The notes beneath the pieces are model-generated. The model was given only the letters and a program-made list of their open reading frames with translations, made no database searches and had not been told where the DNA came from. Positions 18,524-28,590 of a stretch of DNA of 64,000 nucleotides are shown here, in pieces. A program made the translations under genes and the position numbers. The DNA comes from a bacterium. GTDB lineage: Bacteria; Patescibacteriota; Minisyncoccia; UBA6257; Colwellbacteraceae. Position 1 is the first letter of the stretch. Each line of letters opens with the position of its first letter. The stretch lies in NCBI GenBank assembly GCA_021787205.1, contig JAJYME010000006.1, positions 15,644-79,643 of the forward strand. Direction: 5' to 3'.

Positions 18524-19219
18524 TTATTTTTCTGATGTGTTCTCTTTCTTGTTGAAGACTTCGCCCTTGTAGATCCAAACCTTGATACCGATAGCGCCAT
18601 AAGTGGTGCGAGCGGTAGCTTCGCCATAATCGATATCGGCGCGGATAGTGGTTAAAGGAAGAGATCCGGCTGATAAGGATTCGGAACGGGAGATTTCAGC
18701 TCCATCCAAACGTCCTCCAACCTTGATTCTGACTCCCTTGACGCCACGCATAGCGCTGACTTCTTCGATGTATTTCTTGACAACTCTTCTGAACTTGAAA
18801 CGCTTTTCAAGATCAAAAGCGATGCTTTGAGCAGTCACCTTTGCGGAGACTTCATTTCTGGCAAGCTCGGAGACATTAAGATTGATTGAGGGAACGGGTT
18901 CTTTGATACCGTCTCTCTTTCTCATCTTGGTCATCTCTTTAATGATGGCTTTGGTGATATCTTCTATCCCCTTTCCACCTTTTCCGATGATGAGTCCCGG
19001 GCGGGCAGCCTTGATGAAAACTCTGTAAGCATTGGCAGTGCGCTCAATGTCAATATAGGCAATTCCCGCAGCGGAGATCTTATCGGTTATAACCTTGCGG
19101 ATGATAACGTCCTCCTCGAGGAATTGGGCGCGCTTTTCTCTAGAATCGCTAAACCACCTGGAGCTCCAGTTCTTTAAAATTCCAATACGGAAAGAATTCG
19201 GTTTTATTTTGTGTGCCAT
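18524..19219 (-). CDS. rpsC: Ribosomal protein S3
   Basis: 231 aa with a KH domain. Confidence 0.9.
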   Translation of the reverse strand: MAHKIKPNSFRIGILKNWSSRWFSDSREKRAQFLEEDVIIRKVITDKISAAGIAYIDIERTANAYRVFIKAARPGLIIGKGGKGIEDITKAIIKEMTKMRKRDGIKEPVPSINLNVSELARNEVSAKVTAQSIAFDLEKRFKFRRVVKKYIEEVSAMRGVKGVRIKVGGRLDGAEISRSESLSAGSLPLTTIRADIDYGEATARTTYGAIGIKVWIYKGEVFNKKENTSEK

Positions 19220-19225
19220 AGTGGT

Positions 19226-19777
19226 TTAAACGGCTTTTCTTCTGAACATTTTCTTGGGATTCGACTTGGCTTCAGTATCAATCTTGGCTTCTTTTTTAGT
19301 TTCTGCCTTGACCTTCTTCGGCTTTATTTCCCCAGTTTCTTTTTTAGGCTTTTCGGCTTTGGGCGCTTTAGTTTCTTTGCTTTCAGCCTTTGCAGGCTTC
19401 TTGGCAAAAGCGATCTTGCCGGGAGTAAACCTTGATTTGACTCCTTCTTTTTCTTCCAAAACGATAATAACGTTGGAAAAATCTTTGTGTAATGGTGTTG
19501 CCATTCCTCTTGCGCGAGGAAGGTAGCGCTTCAAGCGGATACCTTTGTCGGCGGAGGCTTGTTTGACGACCAAGGTCTCAAGATTCAATCCTTTGACTTT
19601 GGCGTTAGCGATTGCGGAACGCAAAAGCTTTAAAACGGGCTTTGCGGCGCGTTCGCGTCTGAAAGCAAGCTGGACTTCCGCTTCTCCGGCTGGAAGGCCT
19701 GAGATAAGGTGGGTTATAGCCCTAACCTTTCTCGGAGCAACATCCAATCTGTTTAATTTTGCTCTAACTTCTGCCAT
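19226..19777 (-). CDS. rplV: Ribosomal protein L22 with a Lys/Glu-rich C-terminal extension
   Basis: Canonical L22 core of ~110 aa, then about 70 aa of KAEKPKKET low-complexity tail. Confidence 0.9.
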   Translation of the reverse strand: MAEVRAKLNRLDVAPRKVRAITHLISGLPAGEAEVQLAFRRERAAKPVLKLLRSAIANAKVKGLNLETLVVKQASADKGIRLKRYLPRARGMATPLHKDFSNVIIVLEEKEGVKSRFTPGKIAFAKKPAKAESKETKAPKAEKPKKETGEIKPKKVKAETKKEAKIDTEAKSNPKKMFRRKAV

Positions 19778-19782
19778 TTTGA

Positions 19783-20088
19783 TTATTTCTTAGGAGCAGC
19801 TTTAGGAGCGGCCTTTGAGGCAGCTTCCGCTTGCTTTTGCAATTTACCGCCGTGGCGAACGAACTTTCTCGTAGGAGAAAATTCACCAAGACGATGCCCG
19901 ACCATTTCCTCGGTAACTCTGACGTCAATGAAATTCTTTCCATTGTGGACGGAGAATGTGACTCCAACCATTTCCGGAGAAATCTCACTGGCTCTTGACC
20001 AAGTCTTTATAGGTGTCCCATTGGACTTGGCGATTTTTTCAAGCAATCTTTGGTCAACGTAGGGACCTTTTTTAGAACTTCGGCTCAT
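19783..20088 (-). CDS. rpsS: Ribosomal protein S19
   Basis: [12 protein letters not shown]…HNGK is canonical. A short Ala/Lys tail follows. Confidence 0.95.
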   Translation of the reverse strand: MSRSSKKGPYVDQRLLEKIAKSNGTPIKTWSRASEISPEMVGVTFSVHNGKNFIDVRVTEEMVGHRLGEFSPTRKFVRHGGKLQKQAEAASKAAPKAAPKK

Positions 20089-20091
20089 TGT

Positions 20092-20931
20092 TTATTTTTT
20101 CTTTTTATTTCTTCTTTCAACAATAACTACGTTCGACCATTTCTTCTTGTTTCTGGTCTTTCTTCCGCCAGTAATGTTTCCCCAAATATCCTTAGGCTTT
20201 CTGGTGCCTCTCGGCTGTCTGCCTTCACCACCACCATATGGGTGATCGACTGGGTTCATAGCTGATCCGCGGACGGTAGGACGAATGTTCATACCTCTTG
20301 CGCGTCCGGCTTTACCGATGACGACAAGGCGCCAATCGGGGTTTGAAACCTGGCCGATAGTAGCGAAGCAGTCCCAGAGAACCTTTCTGACTTCTCCAGA
20401 GGAGAGCTTGAGATAGGTGTATCCGGCGTCTTGCGCTTGGACTTTGGCGAATGATCCGGCTGAGCGGATGATTTGTCCGCCTTTTCCGGGATTCAATTCG
20501 ACATTGAAAACTGATTGTCCGACAGGGATGTTTCTGAGCTTCATTCTGTTTCCAGGGGCTACTGGAGCAGTTTCGGCAGTCAAAAGGACATCACCTTTCT
20601 TGATATCAGACGGTGCCAATGCGTAACGGCGTTCTCCATCGCGATAGACAAGCTTCATGATGAAAGCTGTGCGATAGGGATCGTATTCAACGGTCTCCAC
20701 TTTCGCGGGAACGTTCATTTTGTCGACGGCGACAAAGTCAACCAAACGATATGCTCGCTTGTTGCCAGCGCCTTGATGTCTCATCGTGATGCGTCCGGTA
20801 TTGTTGCGACCGGCGTTCTTCGGAAGAGAAATCATAAGTCTCTTGTCAGGCTTGTCTCCGGTGAGCAGTTTTGAATACTCAGGGACGGTCATATGACGGC
20901 GAGACGGTGTAGTCGGCTTATATTTTTTCAT
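20092..20931 (-). CDS. rplB: Ribosomal protein L2
   Basis: 279 aa and canonical. Confidence 0.95.
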   Translation of the reverse strand: MKKYKPTTPSRRHMTVPEYSKLLTGDKPDKRLMISLPKNAGRNNTGRITMRHQGAGNKRAYRLVDFVAVDKMNVPAKVETVEYDPYRTAFIMKLVYRDGERRYALAPSDIKKGDVLLTAETAPVAPGNRMKLRNIPVGQSVFNVELNPGKGGQIIRSAGSFAKVQAQDAGYTYLKLSSGEVRKVLWDCFATIGQVSNPDWRLVVIGKAGRARGMNIRPTVRGSAMNPVDHPYGGGEGRQPRGTRKPKDIWGNITGGRKTRNKKKWSNVVIVERRNKKKK

Positions 20932-21175
20932 TGATAGTTGATCCGGGCTTCAAAGACACGATGGCCTTTTTGCCCTTTTTGGTTCGAACGATATTAACGC
21001 CCAAAACTTCGACCTTTAATTCTTTTGATACGAATTTTTTGATTTCGTTTTTATTCGCCTTTAAAGGAACAGCGAAAACATATTTGTTTTGCGCTTTCAA
21101 TCTCTCTGCTTTCTCGGAGACGGCGACTTTCTGTACCGGTTTGTTAGATTGCATGGTAATGATTATCGATTGCAT
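20918..21175 (-). CDS. rplW: Ribosomal protein L23
   Basis: 85 aa and conserved position. Confidence 0.85.
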   Translation of the reverse strand: MQSIIITMQSNKPVQKVAVSEKAERLKAQNKYVFAVPLKANKNEIKKFVSKELKVEVLGVNIVRTKKGKKAIVSLKPGSTINEKI

Positions 21176-21770
21176 CTACGGCGTCCTTCTCAACCAAGAT
21201 GTTCTTGTATTTGAGGAGTTCGTAAACGTTTAGTGACCTTGGATCGAGAGATTTTACTTTTTCGATATTCGCAGCGGCGCGGTAAATATTCTTATTTTCC
21301 GTTCCGGGAATGATCAAAGTGCTGTTTCCTGAAAGATTGGAAACGATTTTAGCAGCTTCTTTTGTCTTCGCCTCTTTCAAAGCCAACGAGTCGACGAATT
21401 TTACTTCGCCTTCCGCGAGCTTCTTGGAAAGGATGGAGAAGATTGCAGCCTGCTTCATCTTTTGGTTTATCTTCTTAGCGTAAACAGTTTCCTTGTTAGG
21501 ACCATGAGCAACACCACCACCGACCCAAATCGGTGAACGGGTTGAACCGTGTCTCGCGCGGCCTGTGCCTTTCTGGCGCCAAGGTTTCTTTCCTCCTCCG
21601 GAAACTTCGCCTCTGCCTTTGGCATGAGCGAGATTGTCTCTGTCGGAAGCGACTTGAGCGTCAAGAGCAAATTTCACGAGATCAGGATTCCACGGAGCGT
21701 TCCAAACGCGATCCGAGAGCTCAATCTTGTCTGTAGTTTTAGCCTCTATATTATATAAATTGACAGTCAT
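21144..21770 (-). CDS. rplD: Ribosomal protein L4
   Basis: 208 aa and canonical. Confidence 0.9.
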   Translation of the reverse strand: MTVNLYNIEAKTTDKIELSDRVWNAPWNPDLVKFALDAQVASDRDNLAHAKGRGEVSGGGKKPWRQKGTGRARHGSTRSPIWVGGGVAHGPNKETVYAKKINQKMKQAAIFSILSKKLAEGEVKFVDSLALKEAKTKEAAKIVSNLSGNSTLIIPGTENKNIYRAAANIEKVKSLDPRSLNVYELLKYKNILVEKDAVDAIDNHYHAI

Positions 21771-21782
21771 TGGTTGATCTCG

Positions 21783-22208
21783 TTACTTTGTGTAAATTAA
21801 AACTTTCGAACCGGAACGACCGGGAAGAGAGCCTTTGATGGCAACAACCTTCTTTTCTTCGTTCCATTCGACGACCTTTAATTCTTTTAGGGTTTTTCTA
21901 TCAGAGCCCATGCGGCCCGCCATTTTGCGGCCAGGGATGACACGCTGGGGGGCGGTTGGACCCAAAGATCCCGGAGCCCTCAGACGATTCTTTTGACCGT
22001 GGGAGCCAGGTCCCCCGGCAAAACCGTGGCGTTTGACGACACCCTGGAAGCCTTTTCCTTTGGAGATGCCGACAACTTTTGAGAGTATGTCGCCAGCTGC
22101 GAAGGTAACTTCCGGAGTAGTGATGGCGACCCAGGTTACTGGGACGATATCGTCACCGATGAAGATTTGATCCATCTTCATCTTTTGCCCGTTTATCGGA
22201 TTAGTCAT
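21783..22208 (-). CDS. rplC: Ribosomal protein L3, shortened form (141 aa)
   Basis: GKGFQGVVKRHGF…GRKMAGRMG aligns with the L3 core. About 60 internal residues present in E. coli L3 are missing. Confidence 0.85.
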   Translation of the reverse strand: MTNPINGQKMKMDQIFIGDDIVPVTWVAITTPEVTFAAGDILSKVVGISKGKGFQGVVKRHGFAGGPGSHGQKNRLRAPGSLGPTAPQRVIPGRKMAGRMGSDRKTLKELKVVEWNEEKKVVAIKGSLPGRSGSKVLIYTK

Positions 22209-22502
22209 TCGTTTTTGTTTTTGTTTATCTTTGTTTTTTCATAAAAAATAACCGATAGCCCTCGGTTATTTTTTATAAGCTGTAAGCTTGTAGGCTATAC
22301 AGGGTTAATAATACATTAAAATCAGGCTTATGTCTAGCCCCGAATATAGATAAAACCTTGCTTTTTCCGACCTGAAGGACACCAAAATGGAGCCTTTTGC
22401 CTTCGGTTCTTACCAGGTTGCCAACCGGGCGCCTTTTTGCGAGGCATCCGCCAAGTCCTCATAAACTCCTTTCCTTCAAGGCAAGGACCTGACGTTCCAA
22501 TT

Positions 22503-22532
22503 AAAAAACAACCGTTTTCACGGTTGTTTTTT
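22503..22532 (-). terminator. Perfect hairpin with flanking T/A tracts immediately after the rpsJ stop (bidirectional terminator-like)
   Basis: AAAAAACAACCG-TTTTCA-CGGTTGTTTTTT. Confidence 0.45.
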
Positions 22533-22538
22533 AAGAAA

Positions 22539-22844
22539 TTACATCATCTTGACTTCGATATCTACGCCAGCCGGCATATTGAGTTCGGACAATGATTCCA
22601 TAAGCTTTTGACTCGGATTAAGAATATCAATGATGCGTTTATGGATTCTCATCTCGAACTGTTCGCGGCTGTTCTTGTAGATGAATGACGAGCGGTTGAC
22701 GGTGTACTTTTTGAATTCTGTCGGAAGCGGAGACGGACCAGAAATCTGGGCGTTGGCGCGTTCCAAGACATCAACGATCTGGCGGCAAGAATTATCTATA
22801 AGCCTTTGATCGTACGATTTGATTCTTAATCTTAATTTGTCCAA
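22539..22844 (-). CDS. rpsJ: Ribosomal protein S10
   Basis: 101 aa: RIKSYDQRLID…. Confidence 0.9.
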   Translation of the reverse strand: MDKLRLRIKSYDQRLIDNSCRQIVDVLERANAQISGPSPLPTEFKKYTVNRSSFIYKNSREQFEMRIHKRIIDILNPSQKLMESLSELNMPAGVDIEVKMM

Positions 22845-22855
22845 AGCTTCAAAAA

Positions 22856-24049
22856 TTATTTATTGATCTTAGTAACTGCACCGGCACCGACGGTCTTTCC
22901 GCCTTCGCGAATAGCGAAGCGCTGCTGCTCTTCAAGAGCGACAGGGGCAATAAGTTTTACCTTGATGGTAACTGTGTCTCCAGGCATGGCCATTTCCATT
23001 CCTTCCGGAAGGCTGATATCTCCAGTAACGTCAGTAGTACGGATGTAGAACTGAGGCTTGTATCCGGAGAAGATCGGGCTGTGGCGTCCACCTTCTTCCT
23101 TGCTCAAGAGGTAAACCTGAGCTTCAAATTCGGTATGAGGGGTGACGGAACCCGGCTTGGCAATAACCTGACCGCGTTCGACGTCTTCTTTCTTAACACC
23201 GCGGAGCAAAACTCCGACGTTGTCTCCAGCTTGACCTTCATCGAGCTGCTTGTTGAACATTTCAACACCAGTGATGACAGTCTTCTGAGGATCGCGAATA
23301 CCGATGATTTCGGCTTCGTCGTTGACATGCATAGTTCCTCTTTCGATACGTCCGGTAACAACAGTTCCGCGACCTTCGATAGTGAAGATGTCTTCGATAG
23401 GCATAAGGAAAGGCTTGTCAGTCTCTCTCTTAGGCTCAGGGATGTATTCATCCAAAGCGTGGATGAGTTGCATGATGGGCTCCAAGGCCGGATCGTCAGC
23501 AGAAGTGGCTTCAGAGGCCTTCAAAGCGGATCCGCGGATAACCGGAGCATTGTCTCCGTCGTACTGGTACTTGGAGAGAAGCTCGCGAACTTCAGCCTCA
23601 ACGAGGTCGATAAGTTCAGGATCATCAACCATGTCGCACTTGTTCAAGAAAACGACAAGCTTAGGAACACCGACCTGGTGAGCCAAAAGGATGTGCTCTC
23701 TGGTTTGAGGCATAGGACCATCAGTAGCGGCAACGACCAAGATCGCGCCATCCATCTGAGCGGCACCGGTGATCATGTTCTTGATGTAATCCGCGTGTCC
23801 GGGAGCATCAATGTGAGCATAGTGGCGCTTTTCAGATTCGTATTCTGAGTGGTGCAAAGAAATGGTGATACCACGAGCTTTTTCTTCAGGAGCGTTGTCG
23901 ATTTGGTCGACAGCTTCTCTCTTTTTAGCCAATCCCTTCAAGAAAAGGGTGTTGGTGATAGCCGAGGTTAAAGTGGTCTTACCATGGTCGACGTGACCGA
24001 TGGTTCCAACGTTAACGTGCGGCTTTGTTCTTTCGAATTTTTCTGCCAT
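22856..24049 (-). CDS. tuf: Elongation factor Tu
   Basis: [18 protein letters not shown] and NKCD GTPase motifs. 397 aa. Confidence 0.97.
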   Translation of the reverse strand: MAEKFERTKPHVNVGTIGHVDHGKTTLTSAITNTLFLKGLAKKREAVDQIDNAPEEKARGITISLHHSEYESEKRHYAHIDAPGHADYIKNMITGAAQMDGAILVVAATDGPMPQTREHILLAHQVGVPKLVVFLNKCDMVDDPELIDLVEAEVRELLSKYQYDGDNAPVIRGSALKASEATSADDPALEPIMQLIHALDEYIPEPKRETDKPFLMPIEDIFTIEGRGTVVTGRIERGTMHVNDEAEIIGIRDPQKTVITGVEMFNKQLDEGQAGDNVGVLLRGVKKEDVERGQVIAKPGSVTPHTEFEAQVYLLSKEEGGRHSPIFSGYKPQFYIRTTDVTGDISLPEGMEMAMPGDTVTIKVKLIAPVALEEQQRFAIREGGKTVGAGAVTKINK

Positions 24050-24134
24050 TTGTTTTGTTGTATTTTTTTGTTTTTAAAACGACTTAATTTTAACTTTTTT
24101 TAAGTTATATATCAATAATTTTGTCTAGGAGCGA

Positions 24135-26240
24135 TTATTTCTTTCCGCTGATAACCTCAGCTTCAGCGCTCTTAGGCAAAGTTTCGTAATGATCGAATTC
24201 CATAGTGAACGATCCTCTACCTTGGGTCATAGATCTGAGCTTCGTCGCGTAACCGAACATTTCGGAAAGCGGGATAAAGGTATCGATGACCTTGATATTG
24301 GCGCGATCGACAATGGCGTCGATCCTTCCTCTCTTGGAGGAAACATCACCGGTGATATCACCCATGAACTCGGCCGGGGCCAGGATCTGGACCTTCATGA
24401 TCGGTTCAAGGATAACAGGCTTCGCGGCACGAGCAGCATCCTGGAAGGCCATTGAAGCGGCAATCTTGAAAGCGGCTTCTGACGAGTCGACTTCGTGGTA
24501 AGAACCATCGTATAAGGCGACAGCAACGTCGACGACCGGGAATCCGGCGACGACACCTTTGGTCAAAGCTTCCTTGATACCCTTTTCAACAGCTGGAATG
24601 TATTCGCGAGGAACGACACCTCCCTTGATTTCATCGATAAATTCAAATCCTTTACCGGATTCAAGAGGAGAAAGTCTGATACGGACGTGTCCGTATTGTC
24701 CGCGACCTCCAGATTGCTTGATGTATTTGCCTTCGGCTTCGGCGGTCATCGTGACGGTTTCCTTGTAGGCAACCTGAGGACGTCCGACCTGGGCTTCAAC
24801 ATTAAATTCGCGCTTCATACGCTCAACCAAGACTTCGAGGTGAAGCTCACCCATACCCCAGATGATGGTTTCCCCGGTTTCGGGGTCACCAGCGACTCTG
24901 AAGGTAGGATCTTCTTCCGCCAAACGGCGAAGAGCAATACCCATCTTTTCCTGGTCTACTTTTGAAGCCGGAGAAATCTTCTGCGAGATAACCGGTTCCG
25001 GGAAAGTAATCTTTTCCAGAATGATTGGGTTATTAGGATCGCAAAGGGTATCTCCTGTGGTGGTTGATTTAAGTCCGACCAAAGCGCCGATTTGTCCAGC
25101 ATGGAGTTCATCAACTTCTTCTCGAGTGTTGGCGTGCATGCGCAAAATGCGTCCGACGCGCTCAGACTCGTCTTTGGTCGCGTTTAAGATATAGCTTCCC
25201 TTGGTGATCTTTCCGGAGTAAACGCGGAAGAAAGTAAGGGAACCGACAAACGGGTCGGCGGCAATCTTGAAGGCAAGGGCCGTAAACGGCTCGTTGTCAT
25301 CAGGATGTCTTTCGATTTCCGATTCATCCTTAGGATCGTGTCCCTTTACAGGCGGCAAATCCATCGGAGAAGGCAAATAATCGATAACGGCGTCCAACAT
25401 GAGCTGGACTCCTTTGTTCTTATAGGCAGAACCGGTAAGAACGGGGATGATATCGAGGCTTAAAGTCGCTTTTCTCAAAGTCTTCTTCAAATCCTCGACT
25501 GAGATCTCTTTTCCTTCGAGATAATCGTTCATCAACTTTTCGTTGTTTTCAACGATTCTCTCTACGACCTCGGCGTGACGCTTTTTGGCTTCATCCAAGT
25601 ATTCAGCGGGAATTTCCGCTTCAACGATCTTTTCTCCTCTATCCCCTTCAAAGTAATAGGCCTTCATTTTGATAAGGTCGATAATACCTTTAAGGTCGGA
25701 CTCCAAGCCAATCGGCATTTGGATGCCAAGGGCTTTGGTAGTCAAACGGTCTTTGATCGATTGGAATGATCTGTCAAAAGAAGCGCCGGTTCGGTCAAGC
25801 TTGTTAATGAAGCAGATTCTGGGAACACCATACTCGTCGGCATAATGCCAGTTAGTTTCAGACTGAGGTTCGACGCCTGAGACACCATCAAAAACGACGA
25901 CTGCGCCGTCCAAGACGCGCAAAGCGCGCTTGACTTCGACAGTGAAGTCGATGTGTCCCGGAGTATCGATCAAGTTGATGCGATGCTCATAGGCCTTGTC
26001 CCCATTTCTGTAGCTGGGAGTCCAAAAACAAGTAGTAGCCGCGGAAGTAATAGTAATTCCGCGCTCACGTTCCTGATCCATCCAGTCCATAACCGCCTCT
26101 CCTTCATGGACTTCCCCGATTTTATGGGAAACTCCAGTGTAGAAGAGAATGCGTTCGGAAGTAGTGGTCTTACCGGCATCAATGTGCGCGGTAATACCGA
26201 TATTCCTGGTTTTTTCAATCGGATAGAACTTATTTTCCAT
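24135..26240 (-). CDS. fusA: Elongation factor G
   Basis: [17 protein letters not shown] and NKLD motifs. 701 aa. Confidence 0.97.
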   Translation of the reverse strand: MENKFYPIEKTRNIGITAHIDAGKTTTSERILFYTGVSHKIGEVHEGEAVMDWMDQERERGITITSAATTCFWTPSYRNGDKAYEHRINLIDTPGHIDFTVEVKRALRVLDGAVVVFDGVSGVEPQSETNWHYADEYGVPRICFINKLDRTGASFDRSFQSIKDRLTTKALGIQMPIGLESDLKGIIDLIKMKAYYFEGDRGEKIVEAEIPAEYLDEAKKRHAEVVERIVENNEKLMNDYLEGKEISVEDLKKTLRKATLSLDIIPVLTGSAYKNKGVQLMLDAVIDYLPSPMDLPPVKGHDPKDESEIERHPDDNEPFTALAFKIAADPFVGSLTFFRVYSGKITKGSYILNATKDESERVGRILRMHANTREEVDELHAGQIGALVGLKSTTTGDTLCDPNNPIILEKITFPEPVISQKISPASKVDQEKMGIALRRLAEEDPTFRVAGDPETGETIIWGMGELHLEVLVERMKREFNVEAQVGRPQVAYKETVTMTAEAEGKYIKQSGGRGQYGHVRIRLSPLESGKGFEFIDEIKGGVVPREYIPAVEKGIKEALTKGVVAGFPVVDVAVALYDGSYHEVDSSEAAFKIAASMAFQDAARAAKPVILEPIMKVQILAPAEFMGDITGDVSSKRGRIDAIVDRANIKVIDTFIPLSEMFGYATKLRSMTQGRGSFTMEFDHYETLPKSAEAEVISGKK

Positions 26241-26259
26241 AAATTAGTAAGGTTAAAGA

Positions 26260-26724
26260 CTATCCGGCAAAGTGAGCGAAGGCGCGATTACCTTCAGCCA
26301 TACGATGGATATCTTGTTTTTTCTTGATAGCCGCTCCTTCATTGTTTGAAGCAGCAAGCAGTTCATCGGCCAATTTTTCAGAGATCGCCTTACCCTTTTT
26401 AGCTCGGGCGGCGGCAATAATCCATTTAGAAGCAAGCATGAATTGACGTTCCGGACGAACCTCGCGGGGAACCTGATAGTTGGCTCCTCCAACGCGCTTC
26501 GACGTAACTTCCATCAACGGCTTAACATTCTCAATGGCTTTTTCGAAGGTCTCCAAGGCGTTTTTCTCGCCTTTTTCGATTATGTCGAAAGCGCCATAAA
26601 GATTATTCTCAGCTATTGAACGCTTTCCATCGTACATCAAGTAGTTGGTAAAGCGGCTTATAGCGATACTGTTATACTTATGATCGGGATTGATGTCCCT
26701 TTTGTAATTCTTTTTTCTTCTCAT
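26260..26724 (-). CDS. rpsG: Ribosomal protein S7
   Basis: 154 aa and canonical. Confidence 0.95.
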   Translation of the reverse strand: MRRKKNYKRDINPDHKYNSIAISRFTNYLMYDGKRSIAENNLYGAFDIIEKGEKNALETFEKAIENVKPLMEVTSKRVGGANYQVPREVRPERQFMLASKWIIAAARAKKGKAISEKLADELLAASNNEGAAIKKKQDIHRMAEGNRAFAHFAG

Positions 26725-26734
26725 CTAGGATTGT

Positions 26735-27154
26735 TTATTTTGCAGCTTTAGGTCTTTTAGCTCCGTATTTGGAACGCTGCTGTTTTCTATTGGCTACACC
26801 GGTCGTGTCAAGAGTTCCACGAACGATGTGATAACGAACACCCGGCAAATCTTTAACGCGACCGCCACGGATCATGACGACGGAGTGTTCCTGAAGGTTG
26901 TGTCCGATTCCCGGAACGTAAGCAGTTACTTCCATTCCGTTAGTCAGACGAACCCTCGCGACTTTTCTTAAGGCAGAGTTTGGCTTTTTAGGGGTAGTTG
27001 TGAACACCTTTAAGCAAACTCCTCTTTTGTGTGGCGATTCAGAATCGACCGGTTTATTTTGGAGAACGTTAAAATAACGGCCAAGAGCCGGTGATTTAGA
27101 CTTTTTTTCGCTTGTTTTTCGCCCCCTCTTGAGGAGCTGATTCATCGTAGGCAC
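26735..27154 (-). CDS. rpsL: Ribosomal protein S12 (GTG start)
   Basis: [12 protein letters not shown]… with the conserved [11 protein letters not shown] motif. Confidence 0.95.
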   Translation of the reverse strand: MPTMNQLLKRGRKTSEKKSKSPALGRYFNVLQNKPVDSESPHKRGVCLKVFTTTPKKPNSALRKVARVRLTNGMEVTAYVPGIGHNLQEHSVVMIRGGRVKDLPGVRYHIVRGTLDTTGVANRKQQRSKYGAKRPKAAK

Positions 27155-27273
27155 GATAATAATTTATCAATAATCACCCCATCTTGTCAATATTTAGCGC
27201 CTAAAATCGCCAGGCAATCCTTTTCCATATTTTAAACAAAAACAAAGCCCGTGGCTTTGTTTTGCTTTGTCGC

Positions 27274-27876
27274 TTAAAAAATTGTCGGAATAATACTCAC
27301 AAGAAGCTTGAATAATACCTGGACCGGGTAAGAAACATTGACGAAAAGAAGCAAGATTAAGACGCCAATAATGCCATATTGCTCGAATAAGACTCTCTGC
27401 CTCAGAGTCAGGAAGGGATAAAGGAATTTGGAGCCATCAAGCGGCGGGATCGGCAGAAGGTTGAAGACCATGAGCGACAAATTGACGTAAGCGGCCAGAT
27501 AAGCGAATTCTCTGCCTGGAATGAAGGAAAACAAGCCATAAGCCAAGATGATGATAAAAGCGACGGAGAAGTTTGCTATCGGTCCGGCTGCCGCTACCTT
27601 TATCTCATCCCTTACTCCCCCTTTAAGATTGTTCGGATTATAAGGGACCGGGCGCATCCAACCAAAGTAGGTTCCGGAAGTCAGAATTAGCGTCAAAGGG
27701 ATGATTATGCTTCCGAAGATGTCCAGATGGGCTAAAGGGTTCAAGGTAAGTCTCCCAAGCCTCTTTGCGGTCTCATCCCCGCATTCATTGGCTATGAAAG
27801 CATGCGAATACTCGTGAATGGTGGCGGAAACCACAATAACAACAAACAAGAAGATTTTCGTAAAGATAGGATCCAT
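27274..27876 (-). CDS. Small M50-family (site-2 protease-like) membrane zinc metallopeptidase
   Basis: HEYSHAF (HExxH) in TM1 plus NLLPIPPLDGSK. 200 aa with no PDZ domain. Confidence 0.7.
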   Translation of the reverse strand: MDPIFTKIFLFVVIVVSATIHEYSHAFIANECGDETAKRLGRLTLNPLAHLDIFGSIIIPLTLILTSGTYFGWMRPVPYNPNNLKGGVRDEIKVAAAGPIANFSVAFIIILAYGLFSFIPGREFAYLAAYVNLSLMVFNLLPIPPLDGSKFLYPFLTLRQRVLFEQYGIIGVLILLLFVNVSYPVQVLFKLLVSIIPTIF

Positions 27877-27988
27877 TATTGGCTTAATGATATACCAAAA
27901 GGAAGAATCTTCCTATTCTCTACCCAACCAGTTTCCGGACCCGATGCCCGGTACTAGGCACCCCTAATCAGGAACCGGTAGCCATTCC

Positions 27989-28016
27989 TTGCCAAAATGG
28001 GTAATTCGTTATAACA
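27989..28016 (+). promoter_or_regulatory. Putative sigma70-type promoter for rpmB, with almost no 5' UTR
   Basis: TTGCCA, a 15-16-nt spacer, then TATAAC or ATAACA, ending ~8 nt before the ATG. Confidence 0.35.
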
Positions 28017-28023
28017 TATAGCA

Positions 28024-28233
28024 ATGCGTCAGTGTGAAATCTGCGGGAAGGGATCAATAGTCCGCGGACAAAGAATTAAGCTCCGCGGTAATTACAACCC
28101 GACGCCCAAATCAAGAAAGCAACCAAATCTCCAACCAACTAGAATCTTAGGTAGAAAAGTTGAAGCTTGCACCAAGTGCATCAAAAGCTTGAACAGAATG
28201 AGAACGGAAATCAATACCGCCAAAGTTGCTTAA
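28024..28233 (+). CDS. rpmB: Ribosomal protein L28
   Basis: MRQCEICGKGSIVRGQ…NLQPTRI…ACTKC matches the L28 family. 69 aa. Confidence 0.8.
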   Translation: MRQCEICGKGSIVRGQRIKLRGNYNPTPKSRKQPNLQPTRILGRKVEACTKCIKSLNRMRTEINTAKVA

Positions 28234-28263
28234 AAGACATAGATGGGCAACTAAAGTTGTCCA

Positions 28264-28335
28264 TCTTTTATTACGGGCTGTAGTATAACGGCAGTATATA
28301 CCCTTGGGGTGGGTACGACCCGGGTTCAATTCCCG
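28264..28335 (+). tRNA. tRNA-Pro (anticodon GGG); CCA not encoded
   Basis: C1-G72 acceptor CGGGCTG/CAGCCCG, anticodon arm TACCC-TTGGGGT-GGGTA, and T-arm CCGGG-TTCAATT-CCCGG. Confidence 0.85.
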
Positions 28336-28346
28336 GCAGCCCGACA

Positions 28347-28380
28347 TAATAAATAATCCCTACCGTAAGGTGGGGGTTAT
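28347..28380 (+). terminator. Intrinsic terminator after tRNA-Pro
   Basis: CCCTACC-GTAA-GGTGGGG hairpin followed by TTATTTTTATT. Confidence 0.5.
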
Positions 28381-28514
28381 TTTTATTCATAAGGGCCGGG
28401 AATTGAAAAGGGATGGGGTCGGAAGGGAGACGAAGGTATCCCTTCCGTATTGGAAGCTCGCGAAACGGAAGTTTCGCGGGAGCGAGCCGCGCCTCGCGAC
28501 GTGAAATAGCGAAG

Positions 28515-28590
28515 CGTCCCGGCAGCCCGACATAATAAATAATCCCTACCGTAAGGTGGGGGTTATTTTTATTCATAAGGGCCGGGAATT
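28515..28590 (+). repeat. Direct repeat of the last 15 nt of tRNA-Pro plus the 60 nt downstream, including the terminator hairpin
   Basis: 28321-28395 is repeated nearly exactly at 28515-28590. The two copies are separated by a ~120-nt GC-rich insert. Confidence 0.85.

Noticed and set aside
18108-18578. An L29-L16 fusion, suggested by the 20-residue N-terminal extension in the ORF-track L16 ([20 protein letters not shown])
   Set aside because: The extension shows no similarity to L29, overlaps the S3 coding region and precedes a good internal Met that matches the L16 N-terminus. It is treated as an upstream read-through of the ORF caller.
22380-22500. Possible SRP (4.5S) RNA, because the minus strand contains GUCAGGUCC
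   Set aside because: The following sequence does not form the GGAA tetraloop or the AGCAGC asymmetric loop of SRP domain IV. The match is limited to 9 nt.
27162-27190. TTGACA-N17-ATAAAT promoter for the rpsL operon on the minus strand
   Set aside because: The predicted -10 lies only 8 nt from the GTG start of rpsL, and the element overlaps the bidirectional hairpin. It may still be real if the mRNA is leaderless, but I could not support it well enough to list it.
28396-28590. A second tRNA gene formed by the duplicated tRNA-Pro 3' end
   Set aside because: The duplicate contains only the last 15 nt of the tRNA. No matching acceptor 5' strand, D-arm or T-loop precedes it.
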